Made by a program: the position numbers and the translations under genes. A stretch of 64,000 bases of DNA from a bacterium. Lineage in GTDB: Bacteria > Hinthialibacterota > Hinthialibacteria > Hinthialibacterales > Hinthialibacteraceae. Below are positions 1 to 9,948 of the stretch, one piece after another. The DNA is taken from the NCBI GenBank assembly GCA_963663405.2, contig CAXXSM010000070.1, positions 47,923 to 111,922 on the forward strand. Reading direction: 5' to 3'. A model generated the notes under the pieces. That model had not been told where the DNA came from. It was given only the letters and a program-made list of their open reading frames with translations, and made no database searches. Positions within the stretch are counted from its first letter, which is position 1, and each line of letters opens with the position of its first letter.

Positions 1-809
1 GGCGCTTTCGACAGAATAAACACGGCGCAACGAATCAAGCAGACGAAAAGAAGGAGGAGAATCAGTTGATGGATCTCCACCGGTAAAGGGGGCGCCGGTT
101 TCTGGATCGCGTAGAGAGTCAATAGGGCGAGAAAGAAGGAGAGGGCGGTAAGCGCTTCTTTGACGAAGAGATTGCGCAGATAAATCTTGTAGGATTGAAA
201 GGTTAATTCAGTGGCCGAACCGAAAATCGCCACAAATGCGGCGTGGAACATGATTTTAATGTCTGTCCAAAAGTTGCGTTCCTTTGTGTACTGAATATCT
301 ACATCCAATTTTGTAGGAAGGATGAATTTAATGTAGTAGTTTTCGCTATTGACGCAATCCGGGGGAAACATCTCCGATTCATTGCGGTGTTTGATCTGGT
401 TTTTTCCCAACAGGCCGGGTTTGACGGAGAGGACGATCTCCCATTTTTTCGTGTAATACTGGGTGAATTTAGGCACTTCCGGGCGGGGGCCTACGAGACT
501 CATATCACCCCGCAAGACGTTGATGATCTGGGGCAGTTCATCCAGTTTCGTGCGTTCCAGAAAACGGCCCACTTGGGTAAGCCGTGGATCGAACCGGCCG
601 GTGAGCATGGGACCCTGTTTGGGAAGTCCTTCCATCATTTTGCGGAATTTCAACAGGGTGAACGGTTTCCCGCCTTTCCCAATCCGTTTTTGTTTATAAA
701 TAATAGGGCCCTTGCTTTCCAATCGTATGGCGACTGCGATTACCAGCGCCAGAGGACTGATCAGGATGATGAAAAGAACAGCTATAAAAATTTCAAGGCT
801 TCTAGGCAT
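1..809 (-). CDS. Bacterial sugar transferase (phosphoglycosyl transferase, WcaJ/PglC-like) with C-terminal membrane extension; runs off the window edge
   Basis: Hand translation from ATG at 809: MPRSLEIFIAVLFIILISPL...YKQKRIGKGGKPFTLLKFRKM...DPRLTQVGRFLERTKLDELPQIINVLRGDMSLVGPRPE; no stop down to position 1, hence absent from the ORF track. Confidence 0.9.
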   Translation of the reverse strand, partial: MPRSLEIFIAVLFIILISPLALVIAVAIRLESKGPIIYKQKRIGKGGKPFTLLKFRKMMEGLPKQGPMLTGRFDPRLTQVGRFLERTKLDELPQIINVLRGDMSLVGPRPEVPKFTQYYTKKWEIVLSVKPGLLGKNQIKHRNESEMFPPDCVNSENYYIKFILPTKLDVDIQYTKERNFWTDIKIMFHAAFVAIFGSATELTFQSYKIYLRNLFVKEALTALSFFLALLTLYAIQKPAPPLPVEIHQLILLLLFVCLIRCAVFILSKA

Positions 810-997
810 AATGATTATGATTCTATAACAATGACCTTAAACTCGGTTATTTTGACTGGATGGAAACCTGTTACAAAAATGAGTTGGTGCTGATTCAGCG
901 CGACGGTGTTGTTGTATTTACATGATGTTTACCTTGATCCATTCGTGCTATCGAGAATATGCTGGATTGCCAAGTAAAAGGGATTATGTTCTCAAAA

Positions 998-3223
998 TCA
1001 TGTCATTTCCGGAAGCGCGTTCTCCTGACTGGAAGCGCGCTCGTTCTGAACCGCGAAACCTTGATACGCCATCGCGGCGTTCATAATCACTGCAGAGACT
1101 TGTCCACCTGCGCGGGCGATATGATTCGCGGCTAAAAGCATCTCATCATTTGTTATTTTCCCACTGCGAACAACCATGAAAGTCGCATCCATCTTGCGAG
1201 AGAGGAGAGTGGGGCTTTGGGTTGAAAAGACCGGAGATGTATCGATGAAGATGTAATCAAATTCATTTTTCAGCGTTTGTAAAATATCATCAAACGTTTG
1301 CGAGTTGTAAAATTCGCTGGGCGGCTGATTCCTCACGCCGGCGGGGATATAGTACAAGCCCGGAATGTACGTTTCGGTTAAAAGGGAATCGAGCGCATGA
1401 GGATCTTGGATCACGTCTGTTAAACCGGGTTCGGAAGCGCGTTTAAAGAATTGGTGAAGTGAGGGTTGGTTTAGATCGCAGTCGAGGATCGCGGTTCTCT
1501 TGCCGGTCATCGCGACAGAAGCGGCCAACAAGGCGGTAATCAGGCTTTTGCCTTCTTGTCCGGATGCGCTGGTAAAAAGAGCGGTTTGCATGGGAGGAAG
1601 CGCGTCGGAATATAGGAACCGGGATCGGAGTGAAATAAAAGTTTCTCCAATAGGTGAGGAAGAAGAGAAATCGATATGTTCTTTTATAGACGCGATCTCT
1701 TTGGCTGAGAATAAAGGGATCGAACCGAGAACGGGCAGATCTGTAGTCTGATCAACTGGTGGTGTGGAACCGTTGATTCCGCCGGACACATATTCAATGA
1801 AAAGCGCAATAAGAACTACGATGGCGAAAGAGAACATTAAAAGCAGAGTGATCGTCCGGAACCAGTTTTGGTTTATTGGCCGAATCGGTGTTTCCGCGTA
1901 ATCCATGATTTCAAAGGTTTGATTCGGCATTTCTTGCTGTGTTTTTAAAGTGCCTTTCGCGATTTGAAGGGATTTTAAAAGATTCGATTTTTCCTCAACG
2001 AGCTGATCCCAGGTTTGCTCGAGGTCTCGATGTTTATTCCATTGCGCTTTTTTTTCAAAATTGTCTTTTTTTAGTGTTTCCAATTGCTCCGATACATTCT
2101 TCAGATAGACAGCGGATTCCTCATAGGCCTGCTTCGCCTGTGCGACGATTTGGTCCGCTTCCTCGTGAATCGATTGTTCAACGGTCAGGAGTTCATTCTG
2201 CTTTTCGATGTAATCGGGATGATTCTCGAGGTATTTTTCTTTGATCCGGCTCCATTCCAAGAGGATTTCATTCCGGTTAATACTGAGCGTTTTGATCAGC
2301 GGTGAAGATAAGGCGTCTTCTTTCATATGGTTCTTGTCACCCACATGCCCTTCTTCGAAAAGGATTTCATAGCTGGACTTCAGCTGGTTGTGGGTATTGT
2401 TTGCGGTGACGTATTCTTCCCATAGTTTCTGGTAACAATCTTCATAATCGGAGATCACCTTGTCTTTATCGAGGGAGGAATAGATCCCCATAGTATTATG
2501 TTCTTTTTGAAATGTGAGGAATTCCTTTTCCGCTTGCTCGATATCTTGATCAAGTTTTTTAATTTGTTCTTCTAAGCCGAGAATGACGTTGCCGGTGTAT
2601 TGTGTAATTTTATTGGAACTGGAATTAATATAAAATTCCGCATGAGTATTGATGATTTTCGCCGCCAAATCCGGATCGCCAGCAGTAAATCGAATGGAAA
2701 TGATTTGCGGGCTTTTCCGGCTGGGGATGACTTCCAATTTTTCTAAATAGATATTGGTTAACTGGGTCAAGCGTTCGTTGGGATTGGTTGGTTGATTTGA
2801 CTGCTTGGGCAAGAAAGGTAGTAATCGTTTTAGGATTGATTGCGATTTAGAAAATTCAGGATATGTATCCAAGTGGAGTGTCGAGATTACTTCTTGCGCG
2901 AGTTTGCGGCTTTTCAGTAATTCTTCTTGTGCGCCGTAAAATTCCTGATTGAATACAACTACATCTGTATATCGTTCCTGTTCGTATGCTTTCTTACGTT
3001 CTTCAATTTTGAGAATCACTTCCGCTTGATATAGGGGCGAAATCCAGAGAGCGCCAAAAAATCCGGATACGGTTAATCCTATGAACAGTAAAAAAGAAAG
3101 GACTTTTCGTTTCCACAAAATACTATACAGCCATTTGAAATCAAAACCGATTGTTTCGGTTGACGCTGTGTTATAAGGTCCCGGATATCGCGCCGATCCA
3201 ACTCCCGGTGATTCTGGGCTCAT
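998..3223 (-). CDS. wzc: Polysaccharide co-polymerase / BY-kinase-like protein (Wzc/GumC family)
   Basis: Two TM segments flank a coiled-coil periplasmic region; C-terminal P-loop domain TSASGQEGKS, ILDCDL, IFIDTSP; adjacent to wza. Confidence 0.88.
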   Translation of the reverse strand: MSPESPGVGSARYPGPYNTASTETIGFDFKWLYSILWKRKVLSFLLFIGLTVSGFFGALWISPLYQAEVILKIEERKKAYEQERYTDVVVFNQEFYGAQEELLKSRKLAQEVISTLHLDTYPEFSKSQSILKRLLPFLPKQSNQPTNPNERLTQLTNIYLEKLEVIPSRKSPQIISIRFTAGDPDLAAKIINTHAEFYINSSSNKITQYTGNVILGLEEQIKKLDQDIEQAEKEFLTFQKEHNTMGIYSSLDKDKVISDYEDCYQKLWEEYVTANNTHNQLKSSYEILFEEGHVGDKNHMKEDALSSPLIKTLSINRNEILLEWSRIKEKYLENHPDYIEKQNELLTVEQSIHEEADQIVAQAKQAYEESAVYLKNVSEQLETLKKDNFEKKAQWNKHRDLEQTWDQLVEEKSNLLKSLQIAKGTLKTQQEMPNQTFEIMDYAETPIRPINQNWFRTITLLLMFSFAIVVLIALFIEYVSGGINGSTPPVDQTTDLPVLGSIPLFSAKEIASIKEHIDFSSSSPIGETFISLRSRFLYSDALPPMQTALFTSASGQEGKSLITALLAASVAMTGKRTAILDCDLNQPSLHQFFKRASEPGLTDVIQDPHALDSLLTETYIPGLYYIPAGVRNQPPSEFYNSQTFDDILQTLKNEFDYIFIDTSPVFSTQSPTLLSRKMDATFMVVRSGKITNDEMLLAANHIARAGGQVSAVIMNAAMAYQGFAVQNERASSQENALPEMT

Positions 3224-3355
3224 GTTTGATTAACCTTTCTTTTGTCATTCCTTGTTTATTGCAAGGACTCGATGTCGAATTCAACGATCGTATTTGTGTT
3301 TCTTATATACGTGTATTCCGCTGTCTTGTCGTTCAAAAATCATCCACTCAGGGAA

Positions 3356-4549
3356 TTAGTTTGTCGTACGAATCCCGACGGAAAAAGGACTTATTTTTTT
3401 AATCGTTAGTGGAATATTCAAGAATCCAGCGGATACATCAATGATGTCTCCAGGATAGACCTCTAGATTGTCTCCATGTTTTTTGATGGTGGTATATTTA
3501 TAAATCGAACGCACAAGTGTTCCCGTTTCGTTCGGACGGTAGAGATAAATATCATTGCCGGCGTTAAACGATTTATCGCCAGCGGCGTGAATCGCTTCCA
3601 GCAGGGTCATTCCGGGCTTCCAGACGACAGGGCCGGGTTTGCCAACAATCCCCCCCACGAAGACCGTGCCGTCTTGGGTGAGATAAAGTGTGTCACCGGG
3701 TTTGACGATCGCGTTTCGAATCGAGAGATTGTTTTGAAATTGTTGATAGGTGAATGTAATGAGCTGTGGGGAAGCGCTTGCGACGTCATGACTCCAGAGG
3801 AAGGTGTTTCCCGCATCATTGTCGCGTCCACCGGCGATACCGAACGCGTCGGCGATCGTCATACGGCGCGTGATCGGCACTCGGCCGGGTTCTCGCACGC
3901 CACCGAGTATGTAAAACTCTTCGGCGCGTGGGACCATAATCTGGTCGCCAGGGGCAAGCGTGATATTCGCATTCGCTGTTGTTTGCTTTTGGTCTGAATT
4001 CGTTTCCGTTTCTTCGATAAACAGTGGGCCATTATCCAGTTGTTCCCGATTGATGGAGTGAATTTCACCTGTTTTCCGTTGGACGTGAATAAACGGTCCA
4101 GCTTCAGTGGTTTTAATTCCTCCTTGCCAAGCCAAAACATCGCGCAGGCGTGTACCGGGATAGATCGGAACAACGCCTGGATTTAGCACAGCCCCATACA
4201 ATGTGACTACGGCGCTTTTTTGTTCTTGGATTGTGATGGTGACGAATGGATCCCTCACAAAACGTTTTTCTTTCAGCAGTGTCTCAATATGCAGGGCTAA
4301 TTCTTCCGCGGTTTTACCAGCCGCGTGAACATGTTTTAAGAGAGGATAAGAAATATCCCCCGATGCGGAAACACGAGTAGTGAGTGATAAATCGTCATCT
4401 TTGAAAACATCAATTCGTAAGAGGTCTCTGGGACCAATTACAGGATCTCCCATTTGTGTGTTGAAGGCGTATGCGTTTTGCCAAAGCGTCAGCGCGAAAA
4501 AAACGGCGCCAATTCGCATAATTTCATGTATGATATTTTGTCTCAGCAT
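3356..4549 (-). CDS. wza: Polysaccharide export protein (OPX/Wza: Poly_export + three SLBB domains)
   Basis: IGPRDLLRIDVF...VSASGDISYPLL...AAGKT motif; repeated G-x-V-x-x-PG SLBB motifs; signal peptide ending AYA. Confidence 0.87.
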   Translation of the reverse strand: MLRQNIIHEIMRIGAVFFALTLWQNAYAFNTQMGDPVIGPRDLLRIDVFKDDDLSLTTRVSASGDISYPLLKHVHAAGKTAEELALHIETLLKEKRFVRDPFVTITIQEQKSAVVTLYGAVLNPGVVPIYPGTRLRDVLAWQGGIKTTEAGPFIHVQRKTGEIHSINREQLDNGPLFIEETETNSDQKQTTANANITLAPGDQIMVPRAEEFYILGGVREPGRVPITRRMTIADAFGIAGGRDNDAGNTFLWSHDVASASPQLITFTYQQFQNNLSIRNAIVKPGDTLYLTQDGTVFVGGIVGKPGPVVWKPGMTLLEAIHAAGDKSFNAGNDIYLYRPNETGTLVRSIYKYTTIKKHGDNLEVYPGDIIDVSAGFLNIPLTIKKISPFSVGIRTTN

Positions 4550-5013
4550 TATTCACCTCAAGGTTCTCCATACGATCCCTTAATGATATTCAAAAAGAAC
4601 GATGAACGCAACTCCGAGTGAATTAATAATAATCACCATAGTTATACATTATAATTCACTTAAAAGGATCATCTTGTTAGATTTATAATAAGTTTTTAAA
4701 TTACTCGGCCACGGCGAAAGCCGAATTTGGCCCCCACTTTCTATTCCTTTGCCACTTAGATTCATTAAACTATAAAAATCAGATATAGCGAAATAGCAAA
4801 AAGTTGAAAAAAATCTTGTCCATTGATAGAACAATTCTTGAATTTTGCCTTGCATGGGCTTTTTCGCATCCGCATCAGATAAAGAGTTTTAACGCAACAC
4901 GGTTCCCTTCATTTTGAAATGTTTATTATTTCATTATAGTGAATAAGAGTATAAATATTCATTTTTTTTATGTAAGGATATACCACCTATTCATGATTAT
5001 TAATTTAGATATC

Positions 5014-5088
5014 AACCATCATGATAGAGATCCCAACGTGAAAATGAATTGCGAACGAGCAAGTTTCGGTTACTATACTATTCAAAAT
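5014..5088. repeat. Dispersed repeat family A, degenerate copy
   Basis: aaccatcatgatagagatcccaacgtgaaaatgaattgcg matches copies at 5656 and 59026. Confidence 0.65.
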
Positions 5089-5154
5089 TGTAGTAGGTCA
5101 GTCAAATGAATTGATATCGTAACAATCATCAACAAACAAGGTGTCAAGAAGTTT

Positions 5155-5260
5155 ATTCTCCTCCCGTAATACTCCGGCGCGAGCGCCGGTTATTGGGGGG
5201 AGTTAGATGGGGTTGAACGTTAATGGAACAACCCTCTCTTCCCCAGGCTTGGGGGAGAAA
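5155..5260. repeat. C-rich/G-rich palindromic REP-like mosaic containing a nested 19-bp palindrome
   Basis: ttctcctccc...gggggagttagatgggg...caaccctctcttcccc...gggggagaa; contains ctccggcgcgagcgccggt, also present at 13344. Confidence 0.5.
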
Positions 5261-5655
5261 TCTATTATTTCAGATGGCTGATCATTACCCAAAATTTATA
5301 AAATCCTTTGGCGCAATAGAAAAGAAAAGGCCCCTGATGTTTTCTTACGAGTTAATGTTTGATTCGGATAAGGCTTTTTTCCCTTTTCTTGTTTGTTGCG
5401 TGAATCATTTGAGTGGTAATAATTATTTATATAATCAATTAACCGGTCTATTTTGGTGGATCTTATAGCCATCCCATCAATGAAATGGTTCTATTATATA
5501 ATATTTCAAGTAATATTACAACTTATTTTTTAATATTTTTTTGAAAAAAACGGATCGAGATTGGCCCAGTCAAGAATCGGCAGTGTATTTTTTCCGAACT
5601 CCTCTGGATAGCCCGATTATGGGTTGTATACTTATTGTTTTGCCTTTTATATATA

Positions 5656-5743
5656 AACCATCATGATTGAGATCACAACCTGCAAATGAAAATGAGTCAC
5701 GGAAGAATTTTCGCCTAAGATAGTCCTGTGGACTCATTTTCAT
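5656..5743. repeat. Dispersed repeat family A, full hairpin copy
   Basis: aaccatcatgattgagatcacaacctgcaaATGAAAATGAGTC...GACTCATTTTCAT (13-bp perfect inverted repeat). Confidence 0.75.
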
Positions 5744-5911
5744 CTATAAGGTGTTGTGGTAGAGAGGCCCTTCAAAACGGAACTGCCCAAATAACTAGAT
5801 CGAGCCAATCAACATCAATATTTATTGATTCTATAATAGGTCTTGACTTGATATCATTTCTTCAGTAAAGGCTATTAGCTAAAGAAAATTTGATAAGCAA
5901 AGATTTATCCT

Positions 5912-7138
5912 ATGAAAAATATAGCGGATTTTTTGATCGTAGGAGGGGGGATACTGGGGATTTGTATGGCGTTGGAGCTTAAAAAACGCTATGCGGATCA
6001 GGAAATCATCATTCTTGAAAAAGAGGAGCGATGCGGTCTGCACGCCAGCGGGAGAAATAGTGGAGTAATACACGCTGGTTTCTATTATACCGCTGATTCG
6101 TTGAAAGCGAAATTTACCCGGAATGGTAATATCCGCTTAACGCAATACTGCCTAGAGAAGGGGATTCCGATCCGGCAATGCGGGAAACTCGTCGTGGCCA
6201 AAGACGAGAACGATCTTCCGCAGTTCATGGAATTGATGGCCCGCGCCGAGAAGAACGGCGTTCCTTTGAAAGAAATTTCGAAGGGGGAAGCCCAAGAGAT
6301 CGAACCGCGGGTCAAGACCTTTGAGAGAGCGCTGTTTTCCCCTACGACTTCCTCTACGGATCCAGAGGCGGTGTTGCGTCAGCTGGAGTGGGATGCGGAA
6401 CGCGTGGGAGTGCGGTTTGAGCGAGGCGTTCGGTTTTTAAGGCGGGAGAAACAGGAGGGAGGGGATCAGGGGGCGTATGTGATCCGCACTACGGGCGCGA
6501 TGTATCATGCGGGATATTTTATCAACGCCGCGGGTTTGTACGCGGATCGAGTGGCCCGGCAGTTTGGATTTTCGAAACACTACCGGATTCTTCCGTTTAA
6601 AGGATTGTATTTATATTCGAGGGAGGCGCCCGGCGCGTTCCAAACGAATATTTATCCTGTGCCGGATTTACGCAATCCTTTTTTAGGCGTTCACTTTACG
6701 GTGAAAGGAGACGGGCGCGCGAAAATTGGACCGACGGCGATCCCGGCGGTTTGGCGTGAGCAGTATAAAGGCATGGAGAATTTTCAGTGGGATGAATTTT
6801 TGGAGATTGCGATCCGGGGATTGGGTTTGCTCATTCATTCGGAATTTGATTTCAAGCGATTGGCGGTTGAGGAACTCAGAAAGTATTCGCGGAAGCGGCT
6901 CGTTCAGCTGGCGCAGAGCTTGGCGAAGGGTGTGAAAGTAGAAGATTATCGTCAGTGGGGGCCTGCGGGGATTCGAGCGCAACTATTGGATGTTCGAAAG
7001 AGAAAGTTAGAGATGGATTTTGTTGTAGAAGGGGATCACCGGTCGCTTCATATTTTGAATGCGGTGTCTCCGGGGTGGACCTGCGCTCATCCCTTTTCTG
7101 AATATTTGTGTGATCAAATCGAAAGCAGGCAATCGTAA
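5912..7138 (+). CDS. lhgO: L-2-hydroxyglutarate oxidase-like FAD-dependent oxidoreductase
   Basis: IVGGGILG FAD motif, HASGRNSGVIHAG, PVPDLRNPFLGVHFT, AGIRAQ, NAVSPGWT. Confidence 0.85.
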   Translation: MKNIADFLIVGGGILGICMALELKKRYADQEIIILEKEERCGLHASGRNSGVIHAGFYYTADSLKAKFTRNGNIRLTQYCLEKGIPIRQCGKLVVAKDENDLPQFMELMARAEKNGVPLKEISKGEAQEIEPRVKTFERALFSPTTSSTDPEAVLRQLEWDAERVGVRFERGVRFLRREKQEGGDQGAYVIRTTGAMYHAGYFINAAGLYADRVARQFGFSKHYRILPFKGLYLYSREAPGAFQTNIYPVPDLRNPFLGVHFTVKGDGRAKIGPTAIPAVWREQYKGMENFQWDEFLEIAIRGLGLLIHSEFDFKRLAVEELRKYSRKRLVQLAQSLAKGVKVEDYRQWGPAGIRAQLLDVRKRKLEMDFVVEGDHRSLHILNAVSPGWTCAHPFSEYLCDQIESRQS

Positions 7139-7253
7139 TACAAAGCGTTCCATAAAACTGATGGGCAGGGATAGAAATCAAGGTGAGACCATTTAAGCGT
7201 GTTCTGATTCGCGTGGGGAATCGGATCATTCATGACACACACAAATTGGTTGT

Positions 7254-7282
7254 TTGACAGCGCTGATATTATCCATTATGAT
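7254..7282 (+). promoter_or_regulatory. sigma70-type promoter of the dehydratase gene
   Basis: TTGACA-N17-TATGAT. Confidence 0.6.
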
Positions 7283-7410
7283 TGTCCATATGGTTAATGC
7301 GTTTTCTAGAATTTAAACTATTTATTGAATGTCGATTTTCGTCATGAATTAAATCAGATTTTCGAATTTTATAGAACTTAATATTTATATGGGAAAAAGA
7401 GGAACTTTGT

Positions 7411-8631
7411 ATGTTTGAACAACAGATGGTGAGTTCGGTTATTAACCGGGATTACGATCTCTTTTCCACTGATATACAAGAACAAGAGGAACAACTCTAT
7501 TCAGCAATCGGAAATAGCCGTATCCTAGTTATCGGTGGCGCTGGAAGCATTGGATCTTCAACCGTAAAACAGATCGCGCTCTATAAACCAAAGGCATTAC
7601 ATATCGTAGATCAAAATGAAAATTGTTTGGCGGAATTAGTACGGAATCTTCGAAGTGGTTTTTTGAATTTTGACTGCAAAGACTTTCGGACATATCCATT
7701 GGATTTTGGCTCTCCAATCATGGAGCGATTTATCCTTGAGTCTGATGATTATGATTATATTTTGAATTTTGCCGCTCTGAAACATGTACGATCTGAAAAA
7801 GATCAATATTCGCTTCTTCAATTAATCGATACCAATATAGTCAAAATGGCCCGATTTCTTCAATGGTTAAGCAGAAAGGAGGGTAGACCTCGATATTTTT
7901 GTGTATCCACAGACAAAGCGGCGAATCCCGTCAATCTTATGGGCGCAAGTAAGCGAATAATGGAGAGATTGATTTTTTCGAATGAAATCGTAAAAGACTT
8001 TCAAATTACGGTCACTTCGGCGCGATTTGCGAATGTGGCTTTTTCAAATGGTAGTCTTTTAGATAGTTTTTTAAAGAGAATTAGAAATTTACAACCGATC
8101 GCATCTCCAGAAAATACGCGGCGTTTCTTTATCTCAATGCAGGAATCCGGACAAATCTGTCTCCTGGCGGCGTTTTGCGCGCCGGATAATCATCTTTTAA
8201 TTCCCCGCATGGAACCTGAGAAAGATTTAATTCAATTAGAAGATGTTGCGAAACATGTGCTTCAATATCATGGATATGAACCTAAAATATATAGAAGTGA
8301 AGTTGAGGCCAAGCAAAATATTCAATCTGATTTATTGAAAAAACAATACCCATTAATTTTGACGCCACTGAATACGAGTGGAGAAAAGCCCTATGAAGAA
8401 TTCTGTGGAGATGAGGAAAGGGCAATTGATATTGGGATGAAAAGTGTTTTGGGCATTAAGCATCAACCAGAAACACAAGGTTCAATGCAGCAGTTCTTAG
8501 ATGAAATAATGAAGATGATATATGATCCAAAATACTCCCTATCGAAGGAAGTAATTATTCATATATTTTCATCGATTCTCCCTCAACTTAGGCATATAGA
8601 AACAGGAAGAAATTTGGATGAAAGAATGTAA
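7411..8631 (+). CDS. UDP-N-acetylglucosamine 4,6-dehydratase-like polysaccharide biosynthesis protein (CapD/PglF-like catalytic domain, soluble)
   Basis: GGAGSIG, AALKHVRSE, VSTDKAANPVNLMGASK, ARFANVAFSNGSL, SGEKPYEEF. Confidence 0.88.
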   Translation: MFEQQMVSSVINRDYDLFSTDIQEQEEQLYSAIGNSRILVIGGAGSIGSSTVKQIALYKPKALHIVDQNENCLAELVRNLRSGFLNFDCKDFRTYPLDFGSPIMERFILESDDYDYILNFAALKHVRSEKDQYSLLQLIDTNIVKMARFLQWLSRKEGRPRYFCVSTDKAANPVNLMGASKRIMERLIFSNEIVKDFQITVTSARFANVAFSNGSLLDSFLKRIRNLQPIASPENTRRFFISMQESGQICLLAAFCAPDNHLLIPRMEPEKDLIQLEDVAKHVLQYHGYEPKIYRSEVEAKQNIQSDLLKKQYPLILTPLNTSGEKPYEEFCGDEERAIDIGMKSVLGIKHQPETQGSMQQFLDEIMKMIYDPKYSLSKEVIIHIFSSILPQLRHIETGRNLDERM

Positions 8632-8849
8632 TACCATACAAGAATTTCAATCACTGCTAGCGCGGCGAAAAAAAAGACTCTATAAGACGTAACTTACGTA
8701 TATACAATGTATGATAAGCTAATCAATACCTTTGTCTATGGATTATTGTTTTGAGTACTGACTTTTTGTTATTTTACAAAAATCATACGTATTGTGAGTT
8801 ATATAATTCAAGTTTTGATTGTTTACTTTTTTTAATTTGAAACAAAAAT

Positions 8850-9933
8850 ATGAGAATCTGTTATATCGGTGATGGGGAATCCATTCACAATCATTTCATG
8901 GTGGATTGGTTTGTGAAGCGCGGGCATGATGTGCTATTCTTGACCGATACGCCTGAGAACGCGCCGGTGTGTGAGGTGGGCCGTGTCACGATCTCGCGTG
9001 GCTGGGGGCTGTTGCGGCATCTCTACGCCGCGATGCGGGTGCGTGGGTGGATTCAAGATTGGAAGCCGGATGTCGTGCACGCGCATAATGTGACCGGGTA
9101 TGGTTATTGGGGGGCGCTGGCGGGCTTTGCGCCGTTGGTGATGACCGCGTGGGGATCGGATTTGAATCTTTTAGCGCAGCGGAGCGCGTTCGTCCGGTTC
9201 TGCATCTCTCACAGTCTGCGGACGGCGGATCTGATCACTGGAGACGCGGAAGCGCTATGTCAAACCGCGCGTGAATTGGCAGGAAAGAGCGTGGACGCGC
9301 GGTTGCTGCAATGGGGCGTTGATCCCACAGCGTATGATGGCGAGATTGACCCAGAAGCGTGCGAACGGCTTCGAGCGGGGAAGGAATTTGTCTTTATCAG
9401 TACACGCCGTTTGCGTCCATTATATAATATCGACGTGATTTTGAACGCGTACGCCCGGGCGATGCACCGGTTGCCATCGAGCCGTCTCTTAATTGTGGGA
9501 GACGATCATCAGAAATCGGATCTGACTGCGCTTGTCGACGATTTGGGGGCTTAGTAAAAATGTTTCTTTTTTAGGGTGGTTGTCTCAACCGGATTTGATT
9601 GAGGCGCTTTGTTCCTCGGACGCGTTTATTTCCGTGCCTGCGAGTGACAGTACGGCGTTATCATTATTGGAAGCGTTCGCCGCCCGGCTGCCTGTCATTG
9701 TGTCGGATTTACCCGCGAATTATGAGTGGATCGAGCCGGGGGAGAATGGTTTGTTCGTGAAACCCGGCGATGTCGATGCGCTGATGGAAGCGATGATCGA
9801 AGTGGCCGGCAACGAAACGCGAAGCCGTGAATGGGGCGCCAAACTCCGTGCGATTGTGGAGACGCGCGGGAACCGGAATCTAGAGATGGAGAAACTGGAG
9901 GGCTGGTACCAAGAATTGCTGGATCAACGTTGA
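8850..9933 (+). CDS. GT4 glycosyltransferase, split by a 1-nt insertion in a G5 run (9545-9549)
   Basis: N-half (WGSD, RRLRPLYN) and C-half (SDSTALSLLEA...PVIVSDLPAN) join as VDDLG-LSKNV when one G is removed. Confidence 0.85.
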
Positions 9934-9948
9934 TCGGCACCGTTGGTC

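Noticed and set aside
243-893. 216-aa plus-strand ORF
   Set aside because: Antisense shadow of the sugar transferase on the minus strand.
4649-5468. Small ORFs in the wza-lhgO intergenic region
   Set aside because: No RBS or family motifs; they overlap repeats and AT-rich promoter DNA.
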